A stretch of 24,000 nucleotides of DNA, from the NCBI GenBank assembly GCA_037916685.1, contig JBAIXL010000130.1:784-24783 (forward strand). Reading direction: 5' to 3'. Below are positions 1 through 8,152 of this stretch, piece after piece. Position 1 is the first letter of the stretch. Every line of letters starts with the position of its first letter. Source of the DNA: Methanolinea tarda. GTDB lineage: Archaea; Halobacteriota; Methanomicrobia; Methanomicrobiales; JACTUA01. The notes beneath the pieces are model-generated. The model saw nothing but the letters and a program-made list of their open reading frames with translations. It had not been told where the DNA came from and did no database searches. The position numbers were made by a program, and so were the translations under genes.

Positions 1-125
1 TTGGGATTCATCTCTAGTGCCTTATCAAAGGCTTCGATCGCCTCCGGGTACTTTCCATGCTTTGCCAGGTCATACCCCCGATTAATCCAGGCCGACTCCT
101 CCCCATGTTTGAATACCGTCCACAT
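1..125 (-). CDS. TPR-repeat protein, N-terminal fragment (continues past window start)
   Basis: My own reverse-strand translation from the ATG at 125..123 reads MWTVFKHGEESAWINRGYDLAKHGKYPEAIEAFDKALEMNP.... This is a canonical TPR helix pair (Y-x-EAI-x-x-F-x-KAL-x-x-NP). GAGGT lies about 8 nt upstream. An alternative in-frame ATG at 185 would overlap the AT-rich TATA-like block. The ORF is absent from the track because it is truncated by the window edge. Confidence 0.5.
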   Translation of the reverse strand, partial: MWTVFKHGEESAWINRGYDLAKHGKYPEAIEAFDKALEMNP

Positions 126-171
126 CCCGATGACCTCTTTACGGACTGCTATAGTAGCGTCGTGTCGTATG

Positions 172-180
172 ATATAAAAA
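172..180 (-). promoter_or_regulatory. TATA-like box (TTTTTATAT on minus strand) upstream of the TPR gene
   Basis: ATATAAAAA at 172..180 lies in the 126..344 divergent intergenic region, about 50 nt upstream of the ATG at 125. This is compatible with an archaeal TATA at about -26 plus a short leader carrying the GAGGT. The call rests on position and composition only. Confidence 0.3.
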
Positions 181-344
181 CACATCCTGTTTCATGCAGA
201 CGGAAACGGTAAGTTTCACCTCCGTCTCCATATCGTAGAAGCAGGGCCTGCCCCATCCCATTGCACCATCCGGTAGATTATTCCCGATGGGAACAAACCT
301 ATATACAATCAATTTTCCAGAGATCTTTAAGCAGGAGAGTCAAC

Positions 345-1712
345 ATGGGTGCGACGATGGGACGACGGGGATGGATCGTGATTCTCCTGGCGTTCCTATT
401 GCTCCAACCGGTGTGGGCAGGCAGCATCCAGGTTCCCGATCAGTCGCCCACGATCCAAGACGCGATTCGCCTCGCACGGCCGGGTGATACCATTTATGTG
501 CGGGGAGGGCTGTATCAGGAGAATCTGGTCATCACTAAACGGGTGAACCTCGTGGGTGTCACGAATACTTCCTCCGGCAACGTGACTCCACCGATACAAA
601 TCGATCCGGAATATTCCCTTCTGAATACGATTCCCCCGCGATTGCTCTCCTACGCGGTCATCGCGCCGGAGAGCGGCAATGCCATTGAGATCCGTGCGGA
701 TGATGTCCGAATCACCGATCTCGTTCTTATCTCCCGTGAGAACTGCATCAATGCAGGGAGATACAGCGGGCTGAATCTCGAGGGTTGCCTTCTGGGTCAG
801 TGCGAAACGGGTGTGGCCGGAAGCGGGGGCGATACTCTCAACATCACCGGAAACAGGTTCCAGACGGCCGAACGCGTAGGAATCGATCTCACGTTCACCT
901 CGGAGGTCGATATACGGGGCAATACCTTTGTCGGAGGGGTCACGGGCATTCGCGGCGAAAACATCCAGCGCTGGTCTGTGGAGGGTAATACCTTCCAGGA
1001 TCTCATGCTCGGATTCAGCGGCAACAGTATGTCGGATTCGATTCTGCAGGGGAATATTCTGGATAATTGCACGATGGGGTATACCATCCTGTCCTCGCGG
1101 AACAACATCATTCAGGGGGATCATTTCCAGAATCTATCCCAGTATTCCCTCTTCCTGAATTCTCCCGGACATCATATCACCATCGGTAATGGGAATAACG
1201 CCACCCTGATTTCAAGGGATATCACATCCGGGGTCGTCTTCCGCACCTCCTGGCTTACCCTCACGGGGCAGAATTATGCCTTTTCTCTGGCTTCCCCGGG
1301 CAGCTACGAAGGATTCCGTACATTTGGAGAACGTGTACGGATCAGCTCAGAGATCAATCGGACCCATACAGAAGATGTGGTGAAGATCGACGCGGAGGCC
1401 GACATGCGGATGTGGGAGGACATCGATCCGTTTACCTTCGGCATCTATAGGGTTGACCGTGGGACTCCCTTGTTCACGGGAGTGACGTACGTCACTGGTC
1501 AGACGATCCGAACTTCGACGACCCTGAACGCCACCGCCGATGGAACGTATGCTCTGCTGGCCCGGAAAAAAATACCCTTTGGCCTGACCATTGAAGGGAT
1601 AACCTCCGTTTTTCTTCTCATCGCCGCTCTGATAGCGCTGTTTCTGTACCGGAGGAGATGGGCGGCGAAAAAAGGCCCGTCCCGAAGCCGGGCCCGCGAA
1701 TTCCGGAAATGA
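345..1712 (+). CDS. Secreted, membrane-anchored right-handed beta-helix (PbH1/NosD-like repeat) surface protein
   Basis: The ATG at 345 is preceded by GGAGAG. The N-terminus MGATMGRRGWIVILLAFLLLQPVWAGS looks like a signal peptide. The central region has about 22-residue GN-x-F/I repeats (ITGNRFQ, IRGNTFV, VEGNTFQ, LQGNILD, IQGDHFQ) typical of parallel beta-helix proteins. The C-terminus has a TM helix plus a basic tail (ITSVFLLIAALIALFLYRRRWAAKKG). There are many N-x-S/T sequons. The track ORF begins at a TTG at 261, but the signal peptide argues for 345. Confidence 0.75.
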   Translation: MGATMGRRGWIVILLAFLLLQPVWAGSIQVPDQSPTIQDAIRLARPGDTIYVRGGLYQENLVITKRVNLVGVTNTSSGNVTPPIQIDPEYSLLNTIPPRLLSYAVIAPESGNAIEIRADDVRITDLVLISRENCINAGRYSGLNLEGCLLGQCETGVAGSGGDTLNITGNRFQTAERVGIDLTFTSEVDIRGNTFVGGVTGIRGENIQRWSVEGNTFQDLMLGFSGNSMSDSILQGNILDNCTMGYTILSSRNNIIQGDHFQNLSQYSLFLNSPGHHITIGNGNNATLISRDITSGVVFRTSWLTLTGQNYAFSLASPGSYEGFRTFGERVRISSEINRTHTEDVVKIDAEADMRMWEDIDPFTFGIYRVDRGTPLFTGVTYVTGQTIRTSTTLNATADGTYALLARKKIPFGLTIEGITSVFLLIAALIALFLYRRRWAAKKGPSRSRAREFRK

Positions 1713-1970
1713 TTTGCATCGCCTGTGGAACGACGTGATCCCGATGCCCGGGCGTTGTACGGGGAACGTAACGGATCGGGGAAAGAATCGTTCCATGATG
1801 TTCTTTGGGATTCATAGTGGATTCAATTCAACATTCAAGAAGAGAACCCGTACGGAATTTCGGGACATTCTTCGTTTGTACAGAAAATTAGTTATGATAC
1901 GTATTCTAATATTCACTGCATATTTTGGAAAATGACGGCAGAAAGATGATTTTTCCGCCGGGAGGAGACC

Positions 1971-2936
1971 TTGAGAGAGTTTGTCCCGCCCAAAATCCTC
2001 GTAAGCAGGTGCCTGGAGTTTGCCCCGTGCCGCTACAACCGCGCAATGATCTCCAGTGAAGCAGTCAAAAAGCTGCAGACCCTTACCGAGATGTACCCGG
2101 TATGCCCGGAAGTAGAGATCGCTCTCGGGGTGCCGCGTGAACCCCTCCGGCTGATCGAGAGAGAGGATGGCATACACCTCGTCCAGCCTGCCACCGGGAG
2201 AGACATCACGGAAGAGATGCGAACCTTTACGGACTGGTTTCTGAAATCCCTTCCCGCGATTGATGGGGTAATCCTGAAGGATCGTTCTCCGAGCTGCGGA
2301 GTGCGAGATGTCGGACTCTACCGGGATTTAAAAGATAAAGAGGCAAGGACGCGCGGAAACGGACTGTTTGCACAGGAGATTATGATACGGTTTCCACAGT
2401 TACCAAGAGCCACCGAATCGGATCTAACCCATGATCGGTTGCGGGATCACTTCCTCACCCAGATCTATACGCTGGCGGAGTTCCGTGCGGTACGGAATCA
2501 CGAGATCACGAAGAACCTCCTCCAGTTCCACGCGGAAAACAAGTACCTCTTGCTCGCGTATCATCAGACGGAATATCGCAATCTCACGGCCCTGGCCACC
2601 AACCGTGACGAACGATCTTTTGATGTCGTAATGAAGGAGTACGAGGAGCACCTTCTGAACGCACTCTCCCGACCTCCACGGACCACCTCTCATCTTAAGG
2701 TGCTGGAGCATGCACTGACTCACTTTGTCGATGCGGCCGTCTCGGAAAAGGAGAGACAGACACTCAACGACATGCTCACGGCCTATCGTGAGGGCAAGAA
2801 ACCCCTTTCCGCCCCGCGAACCCTCATGCGGGAATGGATCGTCACGTATGATGAGGATTATCTGAGCCAGCAGACCTACTTCGAGCCGTATCCGTCCATT
2901 CTTGTGAACTCCGATCCGGATCTGCTCACGATGTAA
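1971..2936 (+). CDS. DUF523-DUF1722 fusion protein (YbbK/YbgA-like; the DUF523 half is related to the TudS 2-thiouracil desulfurase family)
   Basis: The N-terminus PKILVSRCLEFAPCRYN plus a later DRSPSCG give the Cys pattern of DUF523. The C-terminal half (LLQFHAENKYLLLAYHQTEY...) resembles DUF1722. The start is a TTG at 1971 with GGAGGAG 5-11 nt upstream. The first in-frame ATG would remove the conserved N-terminal Cys. Confidence 0.75.
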   Translation: MREFVPPKILVSRCLEFAPCRYNRAMISSEAVKKLQTLTEMYPVCPEVEIALGVPREPLRLIEREDGIHLVQPATGRDITEEMRTFTDWFLKSLPAIDGVILKDRSPSCGVRDVGLYRDLKDKEARTRGNGLFAQEIMIRFPQLPRATESDLTHDRLRDHFLTQIYTLAEFRAVRNHEITKNLLQFHAENKYLLLAYHQTEYRNLTALATNRDERSFDVVMKEYEEHLLNALSRPPRTTSHLKVLEHALTHFVDAAVSEKERQTLNDMLTAYREGKKPLSAPRTLMREWIVTYDEDYLSQQTYFEPYPSILVNSDPDLLTM

Positions 2937-3078
2937 CCGCTCCCGCTTGCGGAGAGCTCGCCTCTTTTTTCGCATCACGAACCCGGGCGTCATCGATCCC
3001 ATCCGGATGCTTTTCTTCTAATTTTTTGGATCCCTTCCTCTTTCACCCTTGAAAGGTCTCCTGGATCGCGATCTAGCG

Positions 3079-4113
3079 ATGGGAAGGCTAATAGACCCTG
3101 CCTGCGAGTCAATGGTGTATATGGCATCCTGTTCGGTTATCTATGGCGATATCTTTGCCCGCCACGACCTTCCGTCTCATCCTGAGAACCAGGACCGGCT
3201 TCTCAACGCACTTACGGGAGTTCCTCCCACCATCCCCCGCACGGTCCCAAAATCCGCGATTCCTCAGGATATAACTCGCATTCACGATCCCGGATACGTT
3301 CGGTGGATCGAAGAGACCTGTCGAACAATCCGCCAGATCCGCATGATTGATGCCGACACCTACCTCACACCCGATACCTACATGGTTACTCTTGCCGCGT
3401 CCGGGGCAGCTATAGAGGCGGCCGAGCGATCGCTGGACGGTGAAGGCTGTTTTGCCCTGATCCGTCCTCCCGGGCACCATGCAGAACGAAACATGGCGAT
3501 GGGATTCTGCATCTTCAATCATGCAGCCATTGCGGCTTCCAGGATGCTGGACCGGGTGGACCGGGTAGCGATCCTGGACTGGGACGAACATCATGGGAAC
3601 GGAACCCAGCATGCCTTTTATTCCTCCTCGCGTGTTCTGTACTGTTCCGTACATGGCCGGAACATGTTTCCGGGTACAGGAATGGTGGAGGAGACCGGTG
3701 TATCTGAGGGACGAGGATTTACCGTTAACGCTCCCCTGGAGTCCGATTGCACGCGGTCGGATTATTTTCTGGTATTTGCGCGGGTGTTCGTTCCGGCACT
3801 GATCCGCTTCCGCCCCGAAGCCTGTATCATATCCGCAGGTCAGGACATGCTTGCAGATGATCCTCTCAGCACCATGCAACTGCACCCCAACGATGTAGGT
3901 ATGCTCACCCGCATGATCACCGAAGTCCTTGAGGTACCTCCGGCCCTGGTCCTGGAAGGGGGATATGGCCCCTCGCACGGTAAGGCTATCGAGTCGATTT
4001 TCCGGGCCGTTCTGGGAAAAGGAATCCCCTCCGAGGATGACCGAGTGATACAACCCCGGGAGAGTACGATTCGCACCGTCGACCGACTGTGCGAGCTGCA
4101 CCACCTGGAGTAA
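3079..4113 (+). CDS. Histone deacetylase / acetoin-utilisation (AcuC) / acetylpolyamine amidohydrolase family Zn-dependent deacetylase
   Basis: The hallmark motifs are present: LIRPPGHHAERNMAMGFCIFNHAAIAA, ILDWDEHHGNGTQHAFY and LEGGYGP. The start is uncertain. Candidates are the TTG at 3049, the ATG at 3079 and the ATG at 3112 or 3121. The stop at 4113 is firm. Confidence 0.85.
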   Translation: MGRLIDPACESMVYMASCSVIYGDIFARHDLPSHPENQDRLLNALTGVPPTIPRTVPKSAIPQDITRIHDPGYVRWIEETCRTIRQIRMIDADTYLTPDTYMVTLAASGAAIEAAERSLDGEGCFALIRPPGHHAERNMAMGFCIFNHAAIAASRMLDRVDRVAILDWDEHHGNGTQHAFYSSSRVLYCSVHGRNMFPGTGMVEETGVSEGRGFTVNAPLESDCTRSDYFLVFARVFVPALIRFRPEACIISAGQDMLADDPLSTMQLHPNDVGMLTRMITEVLEVPPALVLEGGYGPSHGKAIESIFRAVLGKGIPSEDDRVIQPRESTIRTVDRLCELHHLE

Positions 4114-4202
4114 CGGGCACTAACCACGGTTACCCGGCAAGGCGTCTAGATGCCAAATTACCGAACACAGTTAGAAGGATCCCACCACTTGAGCACTACC
4201 CG

Positions 4203-5138
4203 TCACATGAGCCCCCGGATGATTCTCTGACTCTCTTCCGGACTCTGGGTGGTATTTACCCGGAATGCCACCGTCCGGGACAGGAGTTCGCGAAAGAAGC
4301 GGACTCGAAGGTCGGTCTTAAATCCGTTGACCACGAGGAGATGCGGATTGAAAAACGAGTGTTCGATCAGTACTTTTAGCGCCTCTTCCGGTTCGATGCG
4401 ATACTGAATCCGCGTATCTGCTGCATCGCGCACCAGCAGTACCAGGGTCTTGAGCGTGGTAAGCGGCAGTATTCGCCCCTTTCCTACCACCCACCGCAGG
4501 TCTACCACCGCTCTGCCGGCGGGATCGAATTCCGCTCGCGCCACCAGGTCCTGGAACTCCGGCCAGACCGTGGCAAGATCCGCCCGTATATAGAAGTTTT
4601 TTTCGGACCCATAGGCAAGGATATCCTTTCCAAACACCCTGGCAAAGAACCAGTCATCGGAAACGACCCGAATCCCCGGCTCTCGCAACAGTCCATAGGT
4701 CTGGGTGGTCTTTCCCGCTCCAGGACTCCCCAGTATGCACATTCCCCCGCAACCGGTATCGATACAGGCACCATGAACCGAATAGATGTCGTGCTCGTCT
4801 TCCAGCATGTCTCCTGCTACACTGAGGGCGAGGGACTTGATCCATCCGTAATATCCCATGTTCAGCAGGAATGCCGTTTTGGACAGGGGATCATAGTACA
4901 CCTGGTTCTCTCCCTCTCCGGGGTCTTCGAAGACGTAGAGACGGCCATGGGATCGGATATTCTGGGACATATTATACAGATTCTGCGACCAGCGGTCTCG
5001 CAGGGGACGTTGATCGGTGAGCAGTTTAATGCAACACCCATAGACGTCGGACTTTAATTCGTATTGTACCCTGGGAATATAGCGATCGGCGAGAGCTTCC
5101 TTCTCCTGGATCGAGATCAGGGTTACCTCATATCCCAT
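4203..5138 (-). CDS. P-loop protein with an HPr kinase C-terminal / PEP-carboxykinase-like nucleotide-binding fold, function unknown
   Basis: The stretch ILGSPGAGKTTQTYGLLREPGIRVVSDDWFF matches the G-x-S/P-G-x-GKT/S ... hydrophobic-x-DD spacing of the HprK/PEPCK kinase core. The ORF is intact at 311 aa. No other domain was recognised. Confidence 0.55.
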   Translation of the reverse strand: MGYEVTLISIQEKEALADRYIPRVQYELKSDVYGCCIKLLTDQRPLRDRWSQNLYNMSQNIRSHGRLYVFEDPGEGENQVYYDPLSKTAFLLNMGYYGWIKSLALSVAGDMLEDEHDIYSVHGACIDTGCGGMCILGSPGAGKTTQTYGLLREPGIRVVSDDWFFARVFGKDILAYGSEKNFYIRADLATVWPEFQDLVARAEFDPAGRAVVDLRWVVGKGRILPLTTLKTLVLLVRDAADTRIQYRIEPEEALKVLIEHSFFNPHLLVVNGFKTDLRVRFFRELLSRTVAFRVNTTQSPEESQRIIRGLM

Positions 5139-5166
5139 GCAAACCTCTTATTCGACGCCGTCTAGG

Positions 5167-5178
5167 TTATTAAGATAT
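5167..5178. promoter_or_regulatory. Shared AT-rich TATA-like block of a divergent promoter
   Basis: TTATTAAGATAT is the only AT-rich block in the 68-bp spacer 5139..5206. Its centre is about 34 nt from the minus-strand ATG at 5138 and about 35 nt from the plus-strand ATG at 5207. Both transcripts would therefore have very short leaders. Confidence 0.35.
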
Positions 5179-5206
5179 CTGCGGTGAAAGGATTAAGCCC
5201 TTCACG

Positions 5207-6265
5207 ATGCCACTAATGGCACGGATGAGCGATAGGGGGATCGGTTCATTAGCTCAACGAATCGATGAACTCGATTCAGATCTACACGCTCTGTGGGACC
5301 GCATCTATGAGATGTCCACGCAGGAAGGTCATCTGATCCTGCCCGATTCACTGCGTGCACAGGGTGAAACCTATGACTCGTTTCTTCGCCAGCAGATCAT
5401 CCGGGTTACGAATCGTATCACCGGAGAGACCACCCTGTTCAACGAGCTGCGAGCCCACCGTCCCATCGAAGCACATCTGGGGGAGAAGACGCTTCTGGAG
5501 ATAGAGGCGACCTCCCGGTGTCCTTTTTGTCATCCTCGCGAGATGACTCCATCGGATACGTTTGGACGGATAGAAGGCCGATACTCACTGACCGCAAGCA
5601 ATCTGGCAAAATACGATGCGCTCCATGCATTGATCGTCTTCCGCGAACACGAGCCCTTCGTCACCGAAGAAGAGCCGATCCGGGACTTTATTGAAGTCGC
5701 TGCCCAGTGGTATGCCCAGGCCCATCGGCAGGATCCACGGGCTCGATATCCCTTCTTCATGTGGAACTGCCTGTGGAGAGCAGGCGCCAGCATGGTCCAT
5801 GGGCATGCGCAGGTACTTCTTTCCCTCCGGCCCTACCGGGGAGTGAGGGAATGGCTCGGGGCCAAGGATGCATACCGGAATCAGTATGGATCTTCCTATG
5901 AAGATGATCTTTTTCGCCTGTACCAGGATCTCGGCCTGGGAACCTCGTATCCATCAGGAAAGATCCTCGTGCATCTGACACCGGTCAAGGAGAGAGAGGT
6001 GCTCATTCAGGCTCCTTCGGCATCACATCTCCCCCCTCTCCTCTCCCGGGTGCTCTCCAGATTTCAGCGGCTGGGCATACAGAGTTTTAATGTAGCCATT
6101 CTACAGCCACCCCTCGGGGATTCGTCACCGGTGCTTGCGCGGGTGGTGGATCGGGGAGATCTTCTCTCCCGGTCCTCCGATATAGGAGGAATGGAGCTGT
6201 ATGGGAGGACTGCGGTGGTCTCAAGCGACCCGTTTATCCTGGCAGATTCGCTCTTCAACGAATGA
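5207..6265 (+). CDS. GalT-family (HIT superfamily) nucleotidyltransferase, galactose-1-phosphate uridylyltransferase / ADP-glucose phosphorylase-like
   Basis: The Zn-site motif SRCPFCHPRE follows RAHRPIE. The catalytic H-x-H-x-Q motif appears as SMVHGHAQVLL, which is the GalT branch signature rather than the HxHxH of classic HIT proteins. Alternative starts lie at 5216 and 5225. Confidence 0.7.
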   Translation: MPLMARMSDRGIGSLAQRIDELDSDLHALWDRIYEMSTQEGHLILPDSLRAQGETYDSFLRQQIIRVTNRITGETTLFNELRAHRPIEAHLGEKTLLEIEATSRCPFCHPREMTPSDTFGRIEGRYSLTASNLAKYDALHALIVFREHEPFVTEEEPIRDFIEVAAQWYAQAHRQDPRARYPFFMWNCLWRAGASMVHGHAQVLLSLRPYRGVREWLGAKDAYRNQYGSSYEDDLFRLYQDLGLGTSYPSGKILVHLTPVKEREVLIQAPSASHLPPLLSRVLSRFQRLGIQSFNVAILQPPLGDSSPVLARVVDRGDLLSRSSDIGGMELYGRTAVVSSDPFILADSLFNE

Positions 6266-6403
6266 TCTTCTACGCACCGGCCATCATCGTACACCTTCGT
6301 GGAACGATGGGGGGAAGGCGTCCGATTCTCCCACTCACCTGAAACAAATCGTAACAATCGTTGAACGTTGAATGATCCGATCACCGGTTCGAAAGGCAGA
6401 GAT

Positions 6404-8143
6404 TCACGCTATATCCTGGAAGCCCTGCGAGGCAGGTGATTTCTCGAGCGCCTGACGAATGAGATGGCAGGATCGAAGCAGCTCGGCCACGCTCCAGGCC
6501 TGTGCGATGCACCCCCGGGGAGTGTGAGGGGGATCCCCATCAAAATATTCGGAGATGGTGCCCAGTCCTGCGTCATTCAGGTGCACAAAAAGCGGCTGAA
6601 GGATGTCCATCAACCGATCGGGGTTCCCTCCGTTCCTGAGTACCGCCTCCACATACGGTCCCATCAGCCACGGCCATGCCGAGCCGTTATGATAGCCGGC
6701 ATCTCCCGCGTACTTTCCCCGATAGCCGGATTCATTTGAGGCGAGGGTGCGAATCCCAAACGGGGTGAGCAGATGTTTCTGTACGACATCGAGAACCCGC
6801 CTGCCCTGATCGGGACTGGCAAGTCCAAGAGAGAGTGCCAGGAGCTGATTGGGGCGCAGGGCGGAATCGAGCGGATCCAGTCGATCAAAGAAGTAACCCT
6901 TTTCCTCATTCCAGAACTTCTGGAAAGCCTGGAGGGCACGTTCAGGACTCACTGCCGGATCCAGATCTGAATCAGAGGCATAGGAGAGCGCATGAATCCA
7001 GAGCGCGTTTACCTCCACCGGTTTTCCCTCGCGAGGCGTGTACACGGTATCCATCCATGTACTCTGCGGCGCCACCCGGATCAGTTCTCGTTCCTGAATC
7101 GCAATTCCGCTTTCTCCGTATTTACTCATGATCTCTTCTACCCAGGGATTCATCTCAACGAGAAATTCCTCTCGCCCCCCCTCCATCTTATACCGACTCA
7201 GGGCCCATATGAACCAGAGAGACGCATCGCTGGAACGGAACGAATCTGGCACGCGATTGGGTATGATTCCGTTTTTCATTCTGCGGGCGAAGTAGCGGAA
7301 TACGGCTTCGGCCTCCCGGAACCTGCACCGGTCCAGGAGCAGGCCAGGAAGGCTTACAAATGTATCTCTGCCCCACGCCTCAGGAAACCAGTGATAACCG
7401 GCCACGATGCGCTCCCCGACCAGAAAATCCGAGGATGCGGTACGCAGACAGGATATCGGGTCCGAGGGAGAGATGTGGGCGGAACGTGAGGGTACGTGGG
7501 TGGAACCAGGAACCTGTGCACACAATACAACATTCCAGTCCCTGCCGTTCACTTCAAAAAATCCTGGCGTGGGAAGATCTTCCTTGCAGGGATACCCTCG
7601 TGCTGCATCCTCCTCATACCAGATATTGTGGTACCAATCCGGCCGGGAGGTGAAACGACACCCGTCTCCGGTGAGCACCAGGTGTTTCATCTGCACCCCT
7701 GACCCCGTCGGCTGGCCCGCTGCAGACATACTCCCCTGCAGGCCGTGAATTTCCCGGTCTGCCATCAGAGGAATCACCCGTAGGGTCCCCTCCCCCCATA
7801 GCGTATAGCGGATCCGCAATTCCCCGTCGAACTCGAGGGTCTTGCAGAGGATGGCACCCTCCCTTGCATAGTACCACCGTGGTGGATACAGGGAGAACCC
7901 GTAAAGCCATCGGAGCCCTCCATCCAGAACCGCACCCTCGTAGGATGCCACAGAGATACGTTCTCCGTTGAGATATTCATCACAGGTGGAGAAGAGCACT
8001 CTTCCCTGGTGCACCAGGAGCCCGTGATACTTACGCGTGTTTCCTGCCAGAGACTGGGAGCAGTAATCCCCGTTCGCAGTCAGTAAAAATTCTTTCGACC
8101 GGGCCACTGCATAATCCCGTATCTCCCTTCCCAGTGCGATCAT
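6404..8143 (-). CDS. Archaeal-type glycogen debranching enzyme (amylo-alpha-1,6-glucosidase, GDE_C/GH133-like)
   Basis: The N-terminal GDE-N motif NTRKYHGLL is present. The C-terminal (alpha/alpha)6-barrel region contains WFPEAWGRDTFVSLPGL, VNALW, RPNQLLALSL, GYHNGSAWPWL and EYFDGD...GCIAQAWSVAE. A 9-nt spacer with GAGG follows the upstream GT gene. Confidence 0.85.
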   Translation of the reverse strand: MIALGREIRDYAVARSKEFLLTANGDYCSQSLAGNTRKYHGLLVHQGRVLFSTCDEYLNGERISVASYEGAVLDGGLRWLYGFSLYPPRWYYAREGAILCKTLEFDGELRIRYTLWGEGTLRVIPLMADREIHGLQGSMSAAGQPTGSGVQMKHLVLTGDGCRFTSRPDWYHNIWYEEDAARGYPCKEDLPTPGFFEVNGRDWNVVLCAQVPGSTHVPSRSAHISPSDPISCLRTASSDFLVGERIVAGYHWFPEAWGRDTFVSLPGLLLDRCRFREAEAVFRYFARRMKNGIIPNRVPDSFRSSDASLWFIWALSRYKMEGGREEFLVEMNPWVEEIMSKYGESGIAIQERELIRVAPQSTWMDTVYTPREGKPVEVNALWIHALSYASDSDLDPAVSPERALQAFQKFWNEEKGYFFDRLDPLDSALRPNQLLALSLGLASPDQGRRVLDVVQKHLLTPFGIRTLASNESGYRGKYAGDAGYHNGSAWPWLMGPYVEAVLRNGGNPDRLMDILQPLFVHLNDAGLGTISEYFDGDPPHTPRGCIAQAWSVAELLRSCHLIRQALEKSPASQGFQDIA

Positions 8144-8152
8144 GGAGCCTCT

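Noticed and set aside
126-185. An upstream ATG at 185 as the start for the TPR fragment.
   Set aside because: It would place the only TATA-like block (172..180) inside the coding region. The ATG at 125 has a GAGGT at proper spacing. This is not excluded, only less likely.
261-344. N-terminal extension of the beta-helix protein from the TTG at 261 (MHHPVDYSRWEQ...).
   Set aside because: The signal peptide begins right after the ATG at 345, which has a GGAGAG upstream. A 28-residue hydrophilic extension ahead of a signal peptide is unlikely.
1714-1935. A 73-aa plus-strand ORF in the 1713..1970 spacer.
   Set aside because: It lies in the AT-richer promoter region of the DUF523 gene. It has no motif, no convincing ribosome-binding site and an odd composition.
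3109-4104. Long antisense ORFs shadowing real genes. Examples are 3109..4104(-), 396..1124(-), 2424..3002(-), 8189..8908(+), 9556..10527(+), 12925..13458(+), 13640..14137(+), 16720..17502(+), 17699..18391(+), 18815..19450(+) and 20221..20895(+).
   Set aside because: In every case the opposite strand encodes a protein with clear family motifs (HDAC, GT-B, ABC, HAD and others). The antisense translations are Arg/Pro/Gly/His-rich and lack motifs. This is the usual artefact of stop-poor reverse frames in moderately GC-rich coding DNA.
4203-5138. The idea that the HprK-like protein is a RiPP or lasso-peptide kinase, or part of a radical-SAM peptide-maturation cassette.
   Set aside because: No precursor peptide, PqqD-like, cyclase, protease or radical-SAM gene is present anywhere in the window.
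6366-6400. A GGTTCGAAAGG string resembling a tRNA T-loop, plus AATCGT/AACGTT repeats in the 6266..6403 convergent spacer.
   Set aside because: I could not build an acceptor stem, D-arm or anticodon arm around it. The flanking stem is only 2 bp. It is most likely chance similarity in a 3' UTR.
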